From: an uncultured bacterium
GTDB lineage: Bacteria > Sysuimicrobiota > Sysuimicrobiia > Sysuimicrobiales > Sysuimicrobiaceae
Assembly: GCA_938028835.1 (NCBI GenBank)
Contig: CALIMJ010000038.1
Location: forward strand, 8,808 to 72,807
Length of the DNA stretch: 64,000 nt
Direction of reading: 5' to 3'
Shown: positions 10,001 to 19,420 of the stretch, in pieces
Position numbering within the stretch: the stretch's first letter is position 1
Layout: every line of letters starts with the position of its first letter
Program-made: the position numbers and the translations under genes
The notes under the pieces: model-generated
What the model was told of the DNA's origin: nothing
What the model saw: the letters and a program-made list of their open reading frames with translations, nothing else
Databases searched by the model: none

Positions 10001-11161
10001 TCAGGCGTCCACTCCAGCCAGCCTGAGGAAGGCCCGCATACGGTGGGCCGCGAGCTCCGGGTCGTGAAGGAGTCCCGCGCGATCGGCCAGGACAAACACC
10101 TCCACCAGATGGAGAACAGACCGGGCGCTCTCCATCCCTGCCACCATGCGGAAGTGAGGTTGGTGTCCGTTGATGTAGGCCAGGAAGACCAAGCCGGTCT
10201 TATACCGGTAGGTGGGGGGTCCGAAGATGTGGCGGCTAAGTGGAACACACGGTGCCAAAATCTCCTCGTAAGCCGCCGCGTCGCCCCGGTCGAGGGCTTG
10301 CAGCGCCGCAGAAGCCGCGGGCGCGATGGCATCGAAAATGCCCAGGAGTGCGTGGCTGATATGCTGACCGTCTCCCCGGATCAATTCCACGAAGTGGAAG
10401 TCGTCTCCAGTGTAGACCCGCACGGACGGGGGCAGGCGGCGCCGAAGCTGGACCTCGACCTCCGGATCCAGCAGGGAGACCTTGACCCCTTCCACGCGAT
10501 CCGCGTGTTCGCCCACGAGATCCACGAAGAACTCGAGCGCGTCGCGGGGGTCCCGGTAGCCCCAGTAGCCGCGCAGCGAGGGGTCGAAGGCCTCACCCAG
10601 CCAGTGGACCATTACGCGCCGGCTGGCAGACCGGAACAGGCTGACGTAGACCCTGCGGTAATCCCCGGGCTCCCGGGCTGCCGCACACAGGGCCCGGCTG
10701 CTCATAAGGACCGCCTGGGCCCCGTGGCCCTCAACCCACTCCAGCTGCCGGCGGTAGCTGGCCTCCACCTCGTCAAGGCTGGCCTGGCCGGGAGCGAGAT
10801 CGTCGGTGTTCACGCCGCACACAACAGGCGCGTGGGAGGGGTTCGCAAGTTCAGCTGTCCGGCGGCAGAGTTCCATGGCCGTGGCGGGGTCGAGGCCCAT
10901 CCCCCGTTGCGCGGTGTCCATGGCTTCCGCCACGCCGAGGCCCCAGGACCATAGGTGGGCTCGGTACGCTAGGGTAGCCTCCCAGTCCAGATGACACTTC
11001 CCTTCCTCCGGCTCCCGCCAGGGGTCTGCCACCACATGGGCGGCGGCGTAGGCGACCCGGGAGCGGATCGGATCCCGGGGACGGGAGAAAGCCCGGGGAG
11101 GACCGAGTCGGTACCGGACCAGCGATCGGTCAGGCTGGGGCAGGAGTACCTCTACGGCCAT
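10001..11161 (-). CDS. DUF993-family protein (function unknown)
   Basis: ATG 11161 is 2 nt after the stop of the upstream Gfo/Idh/MocA gene; 386 aa. I recall DUF993-family proteins pairing with Gfo/Idh/MocA oxidoreductases, but cannot verify that here. Confidence 0.5.
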   Translation of the reverse strand: MAVEVLLPQPDRSLVRYRLGPPRAFSRPRDPIRSRVAYAAAHVVADPWREPEEGKCHLDWEATLAYRAHLWSWGLGVAEAMDTAQRGMGLDPATAMELCRRTAELANPSHAPVVCGVNTDDLAPGQASLDEVEASYRRQLEWVEGHGAQAVLMSSRALCAAAREPGDYRRVYVSLFRSASRRVMVHWLGEAFDPSLRGYWGYRDPRDALEFFVDLVGEHADRVEGVKVSLLDPEVEVQLRRRLPPSVRVYTGDDFHFVELIRGDGQHISHALLGIFDAIAPAASAALQALDRGDAAAYEEILAPCVPLSRHIFGPPTYRYKTGLVFLAYINGHQPHFRMVAGMESARSVLHLVEVFVLADRAGLLHDPELAAHRMRAFLRLAGVDA

Positions 11162-11163
11162 GG

Positions 11164-12312
11164 CTAGAGCTCCAGCTCCGGTAGGTCTACCCAGCGCCGC
11201 TCCCGCCAGGAGGTATAGGCCGCTTCCACCACCTGGAGCCCTCGGGCGCCCTCGAGGAAATCCCAGTGGTACGGGGCTCCGCCCAGGGCGTGCTGTAAGA
11301 AGAGCTCCCACTGCACCTTGAAGGCGTTGTCGAAGGGCTCGTTGTCGGGGACAGGAGTCCAGTCCGCGTAGTAGTCGTGATCCTTGGGAATGTCCGGGTT
11401 CCACACCGCCCGGGGCGTGCAGACGCGGTGCTGCACGTAACAGTCCCGCAACCCCGCCACCGCGCTCCCGTGGGCCCCGTCCACCTGGATCTGCAGCAGG
11501 TCATCCCGTCGGACCCGCACAGTCCACGAGGACAGGACGTGGGCGACGATCCCGCCGTCCAGCTCCAGAATGGCGTACGCCGCGTCCTCCGCCGTGCAGG
11601 CGTAGGGCCGGCCGCGCTCGTCGTAGCGCTGTGGAACGTGGGTGGCCCCCAGACACACGAGGGCTCGGATGCGCCCGAACAGGTTCTCCAGAACGTACTG
11701 CCAGTGGCAGAACATGTCCAGGACGATGCCGCCGCCGTCCTCTCGGCGGTAGTTCCACGACGGCCGCTGGGCCGGTTGCCAGTCACCCTCGAACACCCAG
11801 TAGCCGAACTGCATGTGGACGGATAGGACCCGGCCGAAGAAGGTTGAGTCCACCAGCCTCTTCAACTTGCGAATTCCCGGCAGGAACAGCTTGTCCTGCA
11901 CCACCCCGTTGGCCACCCCCTTCTGCCGGGCAAGGCGTGCCAGGTCCAGGGCGGACGCAAAATCCGAGGCCACCGGCTTCTCGCAGTACACGTGTTTGCC
12001 GGCGGCGAGGGCGCGTCGGACGGCCTCCGCTCGGGCTGAGGTGACCTGCGCGTCGAAGTAGATGAGGGCGTCAGGGTCCGAGAGCGCCTCGTCCAGGGAA
12101 GCCGTCCACCGCCGGATCCCGTGGGCTCGAGCAAGGGCCTGCAGCTTTTCGGGGTCGCGGCCCACCAGCACGGGCTCGGGGACCACTGTGGTCCCGTCTG
12201 CGAGGGGAACACCCCCCTGTTGCCGGATGGCCAGGATGGAGCGGACCAAGTGCTGGTTGCGTCCCATCCGGCCGGTAACCCCGTTCATGAGAATGCGCAC
12301 GGTACGGGTCAT
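11164..12312 (-). CDS. Gfo/Idh/MocA-family NAD(P)-dependent oxidoreductase
   Basis: ATG 12312 (MTRTVRILMNGVTGRMG Rossmann motif) after a GGAGA RBS. The six-frame track starts earlier at a TTG. C-terminal alpha/beta domain is typical of the family. Confidence 0.75.
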   Translation of the reverse strand: MTRTVRILMNGVTGRMGRNQHLVRSILAIRQQGGVPLADGTTVVPEPVLVGRDPEKLQALARAHGIRRWTASLDEALSDPDALIYFDAQVTSARAEAVRRALAAGKHVYCEKPVASDFASALDLARLARQKGVANGVVQDKLFLPGIRKLKRLVDSTFFGRVLSVHMQFGYWVFEGDWQPAQRPSWNYRREDGGGIVLDMFCHWQYVLENLFGRIRALVCLGATHVPQRYDERGRPYACTAEDAAYAILELDGGIVAHVLSSWTVRVRRDDLLQIQVDGAHGSAVAGLRDCYVQHRVCTPRAVWNPDIPKDHDYYADWTPVPDNEPFDNAFKVQWELFLQHALGGAPYHWDFLEGARGLQVVEAAYTSWRERRWVDLPELEL

Positions 12313-12392
12313 GGAAAGGGTTTTCTCCAAGAACCTCCCTGTTTCCTCCCGCTTCCGGGCCTGTCGCCACTTTGTCTCGCGGGTGGGCGGTG

Positions 12393-12413
12393 TTGACAGG
12401 ACCGTTACCCTAG
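12393..12413 (+). promoter_or_regulatory. Candidate lacI-side promoter/operator: TTGACA (12393-12398) and perfect 10-bp palindrome ACCCTAGGGT (12404-12413)
   Basis: Lies in the divergent 119-bp intergenic region between the Gfo/Idh/MocA operon and lacI. No convincing -10 at 17 bp. Also a repeated GAAAGGGNTTTC motif at 12314 and 12415 abutting both start codons. Confidence 0.25.
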
Positions 12414-12431
12414 GGTCTGAAAGGGATTTCC

Positions 12432-13451
12432 ATGCCGACGCTGGCAGAAGTGGCGAGGACGGCCGGGGTGTCCCTGGCGACGGCCAGCCGGGTTCTCAGC
12501 GGCAGCGGCTACCGGGTCCGGCCGGAGCTCCGGCGGAGGGTGCTGGCCGCCGCGCGGAGCCTGAACTATGTGCCCAACGCCCACGCGCAGGCCCTGGTCC
12601 GGGCGCGCACGCAGGTGGTGGGGGTGGTCGCCCACGACGTCAGCGACCCGTACTTCGCCGAAATCGTACGGGGCGTACAGCGCATCGCCAGTCGGGCGGG
12701 ACGGCTCACCATCATCTGTAACACCTACCGCGATCCCGATCGAGAGGTGGAGTACGTGCGGCTCCTCCACGCCCAGCGGGTGGAGGCCATCGTGCTGGCT
12801 GGGAGCGGGCGCGACGACCGTAGCTACGGGCAGAAGATGTTGGCGGCCGTGGAGGCTTACCTGGCCACCGGGGGGCGGCTGGTGGTGATCAGCCGTCACC
12901 ATTTACCCGGTGACGCGGTGCTGCCGGACAACTTCGGGGGAGCCAGGGCCCTGGCCCACTACCTGGCGGATCTGGGGCATCGTAGGGTAGCCATGATCGC
13001 GGGGCCTCCACGGCTGACAACCACGCGGGATCGGGTGGAGGGCTTCCGCCAGGGGTTGTCGGAGAGAGGCATCCCCCTGGATCCCACCTGGGTGTTGCCC
13101 GGCGACTTCGGCCGAGACAGCGGAGAGGCGGCGGCGGAAGAGCTCCTCCGCAGAGGGCTGCGTGCAACTGCCATCTTTGCCCTGAACGACCAGATGGCTG
13201 TGGGAGCCCTGGCAGCCCTTCGGCGGGCGGGGGTCCGGGTCCCCGACGACGTCTCCCTAGCGGGTTTCGACGACATGGCGATCGCTCGCGACGTCACACC
13301 CACGCTGACCACGGTCCGCATCCCCATGGAGGAGATGGGGGTCCGGGCCATGGAGCTGGCCTTGGAGAACTCCGGCGAAGACCTTCGCGTGGCGTTTTTC
13401 CCCGCTGTGGTGATCCCCAGGGAAAGCACGGCTCCACCGAAGGGGGCTTAG
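12432..13451 (+). CDS. LacI-family transcriptional regulator
   Basis: N-terminal HTH (LAEVARTAGVSLATASRVLSG), periplasmic-binding-like effector domain; 339 aa. Confidence 0.85.
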   Translation: MPTLAEVARTAGVSLATASRVLSGSGYRVRPELRRRVLAAARSLNYVPNAHAQALVRARTQVVGVVAHDVSDPYFAEIVRGVQRIASRAGRLTIICNTYRDPDREVEYVRLLHAQRVEAIVLAGSGRDDRSYGQKMLAAVEAYLATGGRLVVISRHHLPGDAVLPDNFGGARALAHYLADLGHRRVAMIAGPPRLTTTRDRVEGFRQGLSERGIPLDPTWVLPGDFGRDSGEAAAEELLRRGLRATAIFALNDQMAVGALAALRRAGVRVPDDVSLAGFDDMAIARDVTPTLTTVRIPMEEMGVRAMELALENSGEDLRVAFFPAVVIPRESTAPPKGA

Positions 13452-13456
13452 CAGAG

Positions 13457-14602
13457 GTGGGGACGGATCTGCAGGCGCGGATCGCTCGGGTGGATGTGTA
13501 CGTGGTGGGACTCCCGGTCCGGCGGCCCTTCGCCATCTCCGGAGGAGCGGTGACCCGTGTGGGGGAACCCGCGGTGCGCGTGCTGGTCAAGGTTACCGAC
13601 ACGGACGGCGTGTACGGCTGGGGTGAGGCGACTCCGTTGCCGTCGTGGACGTACGAGACCACCGAGTCCATCGTGGGGACACTGCGCGGCTATCTGGCCC
13701 CCGCGGTTCACGGCCATCCGCTCTGGGATCTGGATGGGCTCCACCGGACGTTCGACCGCGTCATCCAGCGTGGCTTCTCCATCGGTGCCCCGCTGGCCAA
13801 GGCTGCCCTGGACGTGGGCGTCCACGACCTTGTGGGCCGGCGTCTCGGGGTGCCCGTGGGTGTCTGGCGCGGATCCCGGAGGCGGGAGGAGATCGAGCTG
13901 GCGTGGGTGGTGTCGCCCGAAAGCGTGGAGGCGGCGGAGGCCAGCGTGGAGGAGGGACGGGCTGCGGGCTACCGCGCGTTCAAAGTCAAAATCGGACTGC
14001 ACACGGAAGACGAAGATGTGGCCATCGTCCGGGCTGTCCGAAGGCGTGCGGGATCCGCTTTCCTGTGGGTGGACGCCAACCAGGCTTACCGACCGCAGGA
14101 AGCGCTGCGGGTGGCCCGGCGACTTTCCGAGCTGGACGTGGCGGTTTTCGAGCAGCCCTTGAGGAGCAACGACCTGTTCGGCCTCGCGTGGCTGCGCGAG
14201 CGGTCACCGATCCCCGTTGCCTTGGACGAGACCCTGCGACACCCGCAGGACCTGCTGACCGCGGTTCGACTCGGGTGTCTGGACGTGGCTATCGCCAAGG
14301 TCCAGCGCAACGCGGGCCTGTGGTTGTCGTGGAGACTCTGCGCGCTCGCGGAGGACTCCGGGATCGACCTGATGGGATCCGGGCTCACCGACTCCGACCT
14401 TGGGCTGGCTGCCTCCCTGCACCTGTTCAGTGGTTTCGGCCTCCGCCATCCGGCGGACCTGAACGGGCGGCAGTTCCTTGAGAGCCCGTACGCGGTGCAG
14501 ACCGTTCGCGTGGAAGGCGGGCGCGCCACGGTCCCCTTGGGCCCTGGGCTGGGGGTGGAGGTGGACGAGGGGGCCGTCCGGCGCCTCAGCCTCTCGATCT
14601 GA
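13457..14602 (+). CDS. Enolase-superfamily enzyme, MLE/dipeptide-epimerase-like subgroup
   Basis: FKVKIG (KxK) motif, barrel acid residues (WVDANQAY ... VFEQPL ... ALDE); 381 aa; directly downstream of lacI. Confidence 0.7.
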   Translation: MGTDLQARIARVDVYVVGLPVRRPFAISGGAVTRVGEPAVRVLVKVTDTDGVYGWGEATPLPSWTYETTESIVGTLRGYLAPAVHGHPLWDLDGLHRTFDRVIQRGFSIGAPLAKAALDVGVHDLVGRRLGVPVGVWRGSRRREEIELAWVVSPESVEAAEASVEEGRAAGYRAFKVKIGLHTEDEDVAIVRAVRRRAGSAFLWVDANQAYRPQEALRVARRLSELDVAVFEQPLRSNDLFGLAWLRERSPIPVALDETLRHPQDLLTAVRLGCLDVAIAKVQRNAGLWLSWRLCALAEDSGIDLMGSGLTDSDLGLAASLHLFSGFGLRHPADLNGRQFLESPYAVQTVRVEGGRATVPLGPGLGVEVDEGAVRRLSLSI

Positions 14603-14663
14603 CCTTCGAATTAGACAACTTGGCCGCGGGATTGCTCTCCCAGGGTAAGCAGGGGAGGCTGTC

Positions 14664-16298
14664 GTGACCCTTTCGAGCCGGCTGGTGGTGGTCACCCTCG
14701 TGGCGGTGATCCCCGTGGCCCTGAGCCTGGGCTACACGTACCGCCGGGAGCGAGCAAGACAGCTGGTCCTCGTGGAGGATCGGGCACGGCGATCCGCGGA
14801 GCTCCTCGCCGCGGACACCGGCCGCCTGCTGGAGGACGCCCGGCGGGAACTGGTGCGCCTGGGTCTGGTTGGTGCGGTCCGCGAGGGGGAGCGGGAGGGC
14901 TGCAACCAGCGGCTCGCCCGCACCGTGGCGGACGGCCAGCTGTTTGCAGGCGTCCTGAGGGTGGACCGCTGGGGTCGGCCGGTGTGCGCCTCCCACCCGA
15001 TGGCTGCCATGGGCTGGGCCAGCCAGCCCGCCAGCCGGGCGCTGGTGCGGACGGCGAGGTTCTCGGTGGGCGTGTACGTAGACGGAGGTAGTGCCTTGGG
15101 CCTAGCGGTGGCCGTACCCGTTCTGGACGCCAGGTACCGGTCGACCCTCGGCACCCTGCTGGCCGCAGTGCACCGAGACCGCCTGCAGGGCCTGGTACGC
15201 GGCCGGCCGGCCGTGGCGGGGGAGACCTGGGCGGTAGTGGACCCGCGCGGGCGGGTGCTGGCCGCCTGGCCAGAAGGCGCTGCCCAACGACGGAGACCCT
15301 GGGCGGTCTGGGACCGGCGCGACATCCCGTCGGACGGGGTAGCACAAGCCGGCTGGACTTCCGCAGCGACCTTCCGGCGGAGCAAGGGCCACGCGACGGC
15401 CCACGTGGCCCTGGCGGATGGCGCGGTCGTGGCGGTGTGGGCGGTATCCGAGGACGTGTTGTTCGCGGACCTGCGGGCCGCAGCGCGGAACAGCTGGCTG
15501 GCCCTGGGGTTGGCCGCGGTCTGCGCGGCGGCGGTGGTGTGGGGGGCGAGCCGGTGGCTGGTGTTGCAGCCCGTGCAGGCTCTCGTGCGGGCGGCCGAGC
15601 GGGTGCGCGCAGGGGACCTGTGGGCGCGTACGGGGCTGGCCTACGACGGCACCGAGCTGGGCTCCCTGGCCGCCGCCTTCGACGAGATGGTGGACGCCCT
15701 CCGGGCCCGGGAGGCGGAGCTCGCCGCGGCCTATGACACCACCCTGGAGGGGTGGTCCAGGGCCCTGGATCTGAGGGATCGCGAGACCCGGGGACACACC
15801 CTGCGCGTGGCCTCCCTAGCGGTGGAACTGGCCCGGGCCATGGGCGTGCCAGAGGATCAGGTGGTGCACCTTCGCCGGGGGGCCCTCCTGCACGACATCG
15901 GCAAGATGGCCATCCCCGACGAGATCCTCCACAAGCCGGGGCCCCTGACGCCCGAGGAGATGGCGGTCATGCGGCGCCACCCCCAGTACGCCTACGAGCT
16001 CCTGTGGCCCATCCACTACCTGCGTCCGGCCCTGGACATCCCCTACTGCCACCACGAGAGGTGGGACGGTACAGGCTACCCCCGCGGCCTGCGGGGAGAG
16101 GAGATCCCCCTGCCGGCCCGGATCTTCGCGGTGGTGGACGTCTGGGACGCGCTTTCGAACCCTCGGCCTTACCGGGCCGCCTGGCCGCGGGACCAGGTCC
16201 GGGCCTACCTGCAGGAGCAGGCCGGCCGCCAGTTCGACCCTGAGGTGGTGGCAGCGTTCCTGCGGCTGCTGGACGGCCGGGAAGCGGAAGCGAGCTAG
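14664..16298 (+). CDS. Membrane sensor - HAMP - HD-GYP c-di-GMP phosphodiesterase-type signalling protein
   Basis: GTG 6 nt after GGGGAGG; N-terminal TM helix, ~270-aa extracytoplasmic region, second TM, HAMP, then an HD-GYP domain (LHDIGKMAIPDEIL ... HHERWDGTGYPRGL). Confidence 0.75.
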   Translation: MTLSSRLVVVTLVAVIPVALSLGYTYRRERARQLVLVEDRARRSAELLAADTGRLLEDARRELVRLGLVGAVREGEREGCNQRLARTVADGQLFAGVLRVDRWGRPVCASHPMAAMGWASQPASRALVRTARFSVGVYVDGGSALGLAVAVPVLDARYRSTLGTLLAAVHRDRLQGLVRGRPAVAGETWAVVDPRGRVLAAWPEGAAQRRRPWAVWDRRDIPSDGVAQAGWTSAATFRRSKGHATAHVALADGAVVAVWAVSEDVLFADLRAAARNSWLALGLAAVCAAAVVWGASRWLVLQPVQALVRAAERVRAGDLWARTGLAYDGTELGSLAAAFDEMVDALRAREAELAAAYDTTLEGWSRALDLRDRETRGHTLRVASLAVELARAMGVPEDQVVHLRRGALLHDIGKMAIPDEILHKPGPLTPEEMAVMRRHPQYAYELLWPIHYLRPALDIPYCHHERWDGTGYPRGLRGEEIPLPARIFAVVDVWDALSNPRPYRAAWPRDQVRAYLQEQAGRQFDPEVVAAFLRLLDGREAEAS

Positions 16299-16302
16299 CG
16301 GC

Positions 16303-16773
16303 TCACTTGGAGTGCTTGTCGGCCACCTTCGTGGCCCCGTAAGCTTCCGGCTTGGTCTTGGCCGCGTACCCGGAACCCGTGACCATGCCCACCACCTCGC
16401 GGATGATGGACTTGGTCTCCCCTCGGTCGCCCACGTCCACGTGGATCTCCACGGGCAGCTGCGAGTGGCCGTTGCGGGCCAGCCCTGCGGAGAGGCGGGA
16501 GGCCACCTCCAGGCTCAGCGAAACCTCGTAGAGGATCCTCTGGCGGAGGCTGTCCATCTTGCGGGCGTAGTGCTTCCGGTAAAAGTACCGGCCGCCCTGC
16601 CCGACCCGGTGGATCACGATGGCGGTCACAAAGCAGGTGTGGTCCGAGACGAGAGAGTCCGTGCCCACGATCAGGTGGTAGGGCCGCTCGGGCTGTTCCT
16701 CCACGAACGCCACCACGTGGCGGAACATCTCGTCGAACGTCATGCGCCCCAGGGTGGGGCTTACGTACTCCAT
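16303..16773 (-). CDS. ykuK: YkuK/DUF458-family RNase-H-fold protein
   Basis: ATG 16773; matches the B. subtilis YkuK pattern (FDE..., LIVGTDSLV, CFVTAIVIHR, HVDVGDRGETK); 156 aa. Confidence 0.55.
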   Translation of the reverse strand: MEYVSPTLGRMTFDEMFRHVVAFVEEQPERPYHLIVGTDSLVSDHTCFVTAIVIHRVGQGGRYFYRKHYARKMDSLRQRILYEVSLSLEVASRLSAGLARNGHSQLPVEIHVDVGDRGETKSIIREVVGMVTGSGYAAKTKPEAYGATKVADKHSK

Positions 16774-16829
16774 GGCGGACTCCCAGGCCAGTATAGGCCG
16801 GCCCGACGGGTTCCTTCCACGGGCCGGGC

Positions 16830-17423
16830 CTACAGCTCGCGCCGACCCTCCAGGGCCCTGGCGAGGGTCACCTCGTCCGCGTACTCCAGGTCCCCACCCA
16901 CGGGCAGCCCGTGCGCCAGCCGCGTCACCCGGACCCCCAGGGGACGGATGAGCCGGGCGAGGTAGAGGGCGGTGGCGTCTCCCTCCACGCGAGGGTTGGT
17001 GGCCACGATGACCTCGCGCACCTCGCCGCTGCGCAGGCGGTCCAGTAGCTCGCGGATGCGCAGGTCCTCCGGGCCCACCCCGTCCAGCGGTGAGATGGCG
17101 CCCCCGAGCACGTGGTAGCGGCCTCGGAACTCCCGGGCCCGCTCGATGGCCAGCACGTCCCGCGAGTCCTCCACCACGCAAAGGACGGAGGGGTCGCGAG
17201 TGGGGCTGGTGCAGATGGCACACGGGTCCGTGTCCGTGAGGTGGAAGCAGACCGAGCACGGCTTCACCCGCGCCTTGGCTTCCAGCAGAGCTTCGGCCAG
17301 CTGCCGGACCTCGTCCTCGGACATCCGGAGGACGTGCAGCGCCAGGCGCTGGGCGGTTTTCGGCCCCACCGTGGGCAGCCGCGACAGCTGCTCGATCAGG
17401 CGGGCCAGAGCCTCAGGCAGCAT
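16830..17423 (-). CDS. recR: Recombination protein RecR
   Basis: ATG 17423; HhH ([13 protein letters not shown]), C4 zinc finger ([16 protein letters not shown]), Toprim; 197 aa. Confidence 0.9.
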   Translation of the reverse strand: MLPEALARLIEQLSRLPTVGPKTAQRLALHVLRMSEDEVRQLAEALLEAKARVKPCSVCFHLTDTDPCAICTSPTRDPSVLCVVEDSRDVLAIERAREFRGRYHVLGGAISPLDGVGPEDLRIRELLDRLRSGEVREVIVATNPRVEGDATALYLARLIRPLGVRVTRLAHGLPVGGDLEYADEVTLARALEGRREL

Positions 17424-17428
17424 CCCTT

Positions 17429-17740
17429 TTACGCCAGACCCGGGAGGCCGAGGTCTCCGGCGATCCCCTTCAGGCGCTGCTCCGCGTGTGCACGGGCCTG
17501 CTCCTGGGCGTGGTGCAGGGCCGCCAGCACCAGGTCCTCCAGGGTCTCCACGTCCACGGGGTCCACCACTTCCGGCGCGATGTGCACCTCCAGGACGCGG
17601 CCATGGCCGTCCACCACCACCCGGACGGTGCCGCCGCCCGCACTGGCCTCCACGCGTTCCTGCGCGAGCTCCTCCTGCACGCGGGCGAACTCCTCCTGCA
17701 CCTTCTGGACCTGCCGGAGCACCTTGCTTATGTCCCGCAC
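17429..17740 (-). CDS. ybaB: Nucleoid-associated protein YbaB/EbfC
   Basis: 103 aa; YbaB family, [11 protein letters not shown]...; sits between dnaX and recR as in Firmicutes. Confidence 0.85.
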   Translation of the reverse strand: MRDISKVLRQVQKVQEEFARVQEELAQERVEASAGGGTVRVVVDGHGRVLEVHIAPEVVDPVDVETLEDLVLAALHHAQEQARAHAEQRLKGIAGDLGLPGLA

Positions 17741-17756
17741 GGCTCACCTCTTTAAG

Positions 17757-19379
17757 CTACTCCTCCGGTGCCTCCAGCGGCCGGAAGGCCACAGCGGGCC
17801 CCAGGAGGTGCGCGGCCTGCTCCACCAGCGGGTCCCTGGGCGGCTCGTGCGGTGGAGAGGGTGGGGTGTCCGCCACCACGAACCGCAGCCGCAGGCGCCG
17901 GCCGAGGGCCTGCTGCAGGGCCTGTTCTACCAGAATCCGGTGCCGCGAATCCTGCAGGGTGCCGGCTGCGAACTCCCCGCCCGCTGGGAACTCCACCACG
18001 AGCTCGTCTGCGTCCAGCGCGGCGGGCTTGCCGTCCGCCAGCAGCGCGAAGGTGTAGGCACGCCTGGCCTTGACCTCCTCCAGGACGCGGGGCCACCGCG
18101 CCACCACCGAATCCCAGTCCAGCTCGGGTTCTACGGGTAGGGCGGACTGGATCGCAGGTCCGTCCGCCTCCGCAGTCCGGCCGGCCGGTACCGGCGCTTG
18201 TGCCGGCGGGGCGGGCGGTTCGGGTTCTGTCGCCTGCAGCATCCGCTCCAGCCTGAGCACGCGGCCACGCAGGCCCTCCAGGGTGGGGTCCGCGTCGGGC
18301 CGCGCCAGGCGCAGCAGGGCCAACTCCAGGTTGAGCCGGGGCTGGGTACTCCACCGGGCCTCGCTCTCCGCGGCCGCCAAGAGGGAGATGGCCCGCAGGA
18401 GCTCCTCTGGAGGGAAGCCCTGGGCCTGCTGGAGCAGCCGCGCGACCCGATCCCCAGGCGCATCCACCAGGTCCCGGAGGTCTGGGGAGGTACGCAGGAG
18501 CAGCAGGTCCCGGAAGTGGGAAACCAGACGCCGCAGCACCGCGCGGGGGTCCCGGCCGCTTTCCGCCACCCGTGCGGCCAGCCGCAGGGCGGCAGGGGCG
18601 TCGGAGTTCTGCACCGCCTCCGTGACCGCGTCCACCAGCTCGTCCTCCAGCAGGCCCAAAAGGCGGACCACGTCCGCTTCGTGGATGGGCCCTTCCACGC
18701 TGCTGGCCAGCTGGTCCAGCACACTCTCCGCATCCCGCAGCGCCCCGTCCGCGGACCGGGCGATCAGGTGCAGGGCGCCGGGGGTGATCTGCAGCCCCTC
18801 CTCCTGGGCGATGCGGGACAGCCGCTCCACCACCAGGGGCGTGGGGATCCGTCGGAACTCGAACCGCTGGCACCGGGAAAGGATCGTGGTGGGCAGCCGG
18901 TGGGGTTCGGTGGTCACCAATACGAACACCACGTGCGGGGGCGGCTCCTCCAGGGTCTTCAGCAGCGCGTTCTCCGCCTCCGTGGTGAGCATGTGGGCCT
19001 CGTCCAGGATGTACACCTTGTACCGGCTGGCCGCGGGCGCCAGGCGGACCCGCTCGCGGATCTCCCGGATCTCGTCGATCCCCCGGTTGCTGGCGGCGTC
19101 CAGCTCGATGACGTCCAGGGAGCTGCCCTCGGCGATGGCCCGGCACGCTGCGCAGCGGTTGCATGGGTCCGGCGTGGGCCCCTGCTCGCAGTTGAGGGCC
19201 TTGGCGAGGATCCGGGCGGTGGTGGTCTTTCCGGTACCGCGGTGGCCGCTGAACAGGTACGCGTGGCTGATCCGGCCGGTGGCGAGGGCGCCCCGCAGGG
19301 TACGGGTCACCGGCTCCTGCCCCACTACGTCGCCGAAGGACTGGGGCCTCCACTTGCGGTACAGAGAGAGATGCGCCAT
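17757..19379 (-). CDS. dnaX: DNA polymerase III subunits gamma/tau
   Basis: ATG 19379 (MAHLSLYRKWRPQSF...), Walker A GHRGTGKTT, zinc module CNRCAACR, Pro-rich tau C-terminal region; 540 aa. The longer six-frame ORF upstream is non-coding. Confidence 0.9.
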   Translation of the reverse strand: MAHLSLYRKWRPQSFGDVVGQEPVTRTLRGALATGRISHAYLFSGHRGTGKTTTARILAKALNCEQGPTPDPCNRCAACRAIAEGSSLDVIELDAASNRGIDEIREIRERVRLAPAASRYKVYILDEAHMLTTEAENALLKTLEEPPPHVVFVLVTTEPHRLPTTILSRCQRFEFRRIPTPLVVERLSRIAQEEGLQITPGALHLIARSADGALRDAESVLDQLASSVEGPIHEADVVRLLGLLEDELVDAVTEAVQNSDAPAALRLAARVAESGRDPRAVLRRLVSHFRDLLLLRTSPDLRDLVDAPGDRVARLLQQAQGFPPEELLRAISLLAAAESEARWSTQPRLNLELALLRLARPDADPTLEGLRGRVLRLERMLQATEPEPPAPPAQAPVPAGRTAEADGPAIQSALPVEPELDWDSVVARWPRVLEEVKARRAYTFALLADGKPAALDADELVVEFPAGGEFAAGTLQDSRHRILVEQALQQALGRRLRLRFVVADTPPSPPHEPPRDPLVEQAAHLLGPAVAFRPLEAPEE

Positions 19380-19420
19380 GGGTCCGGAGCGGGCCTGCCG
19401 ACACTGGTATTCTACCTGAA

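Noticed and set aside
19380-19420. SRP/4.5S RNA gene (ffs) upstream of dnaX as in Bacillus
   Set aside because: Only 41 nt separate dnaX from the divergent CPBP gene. No room and no GGAAGCAGCC-type domain IV motif
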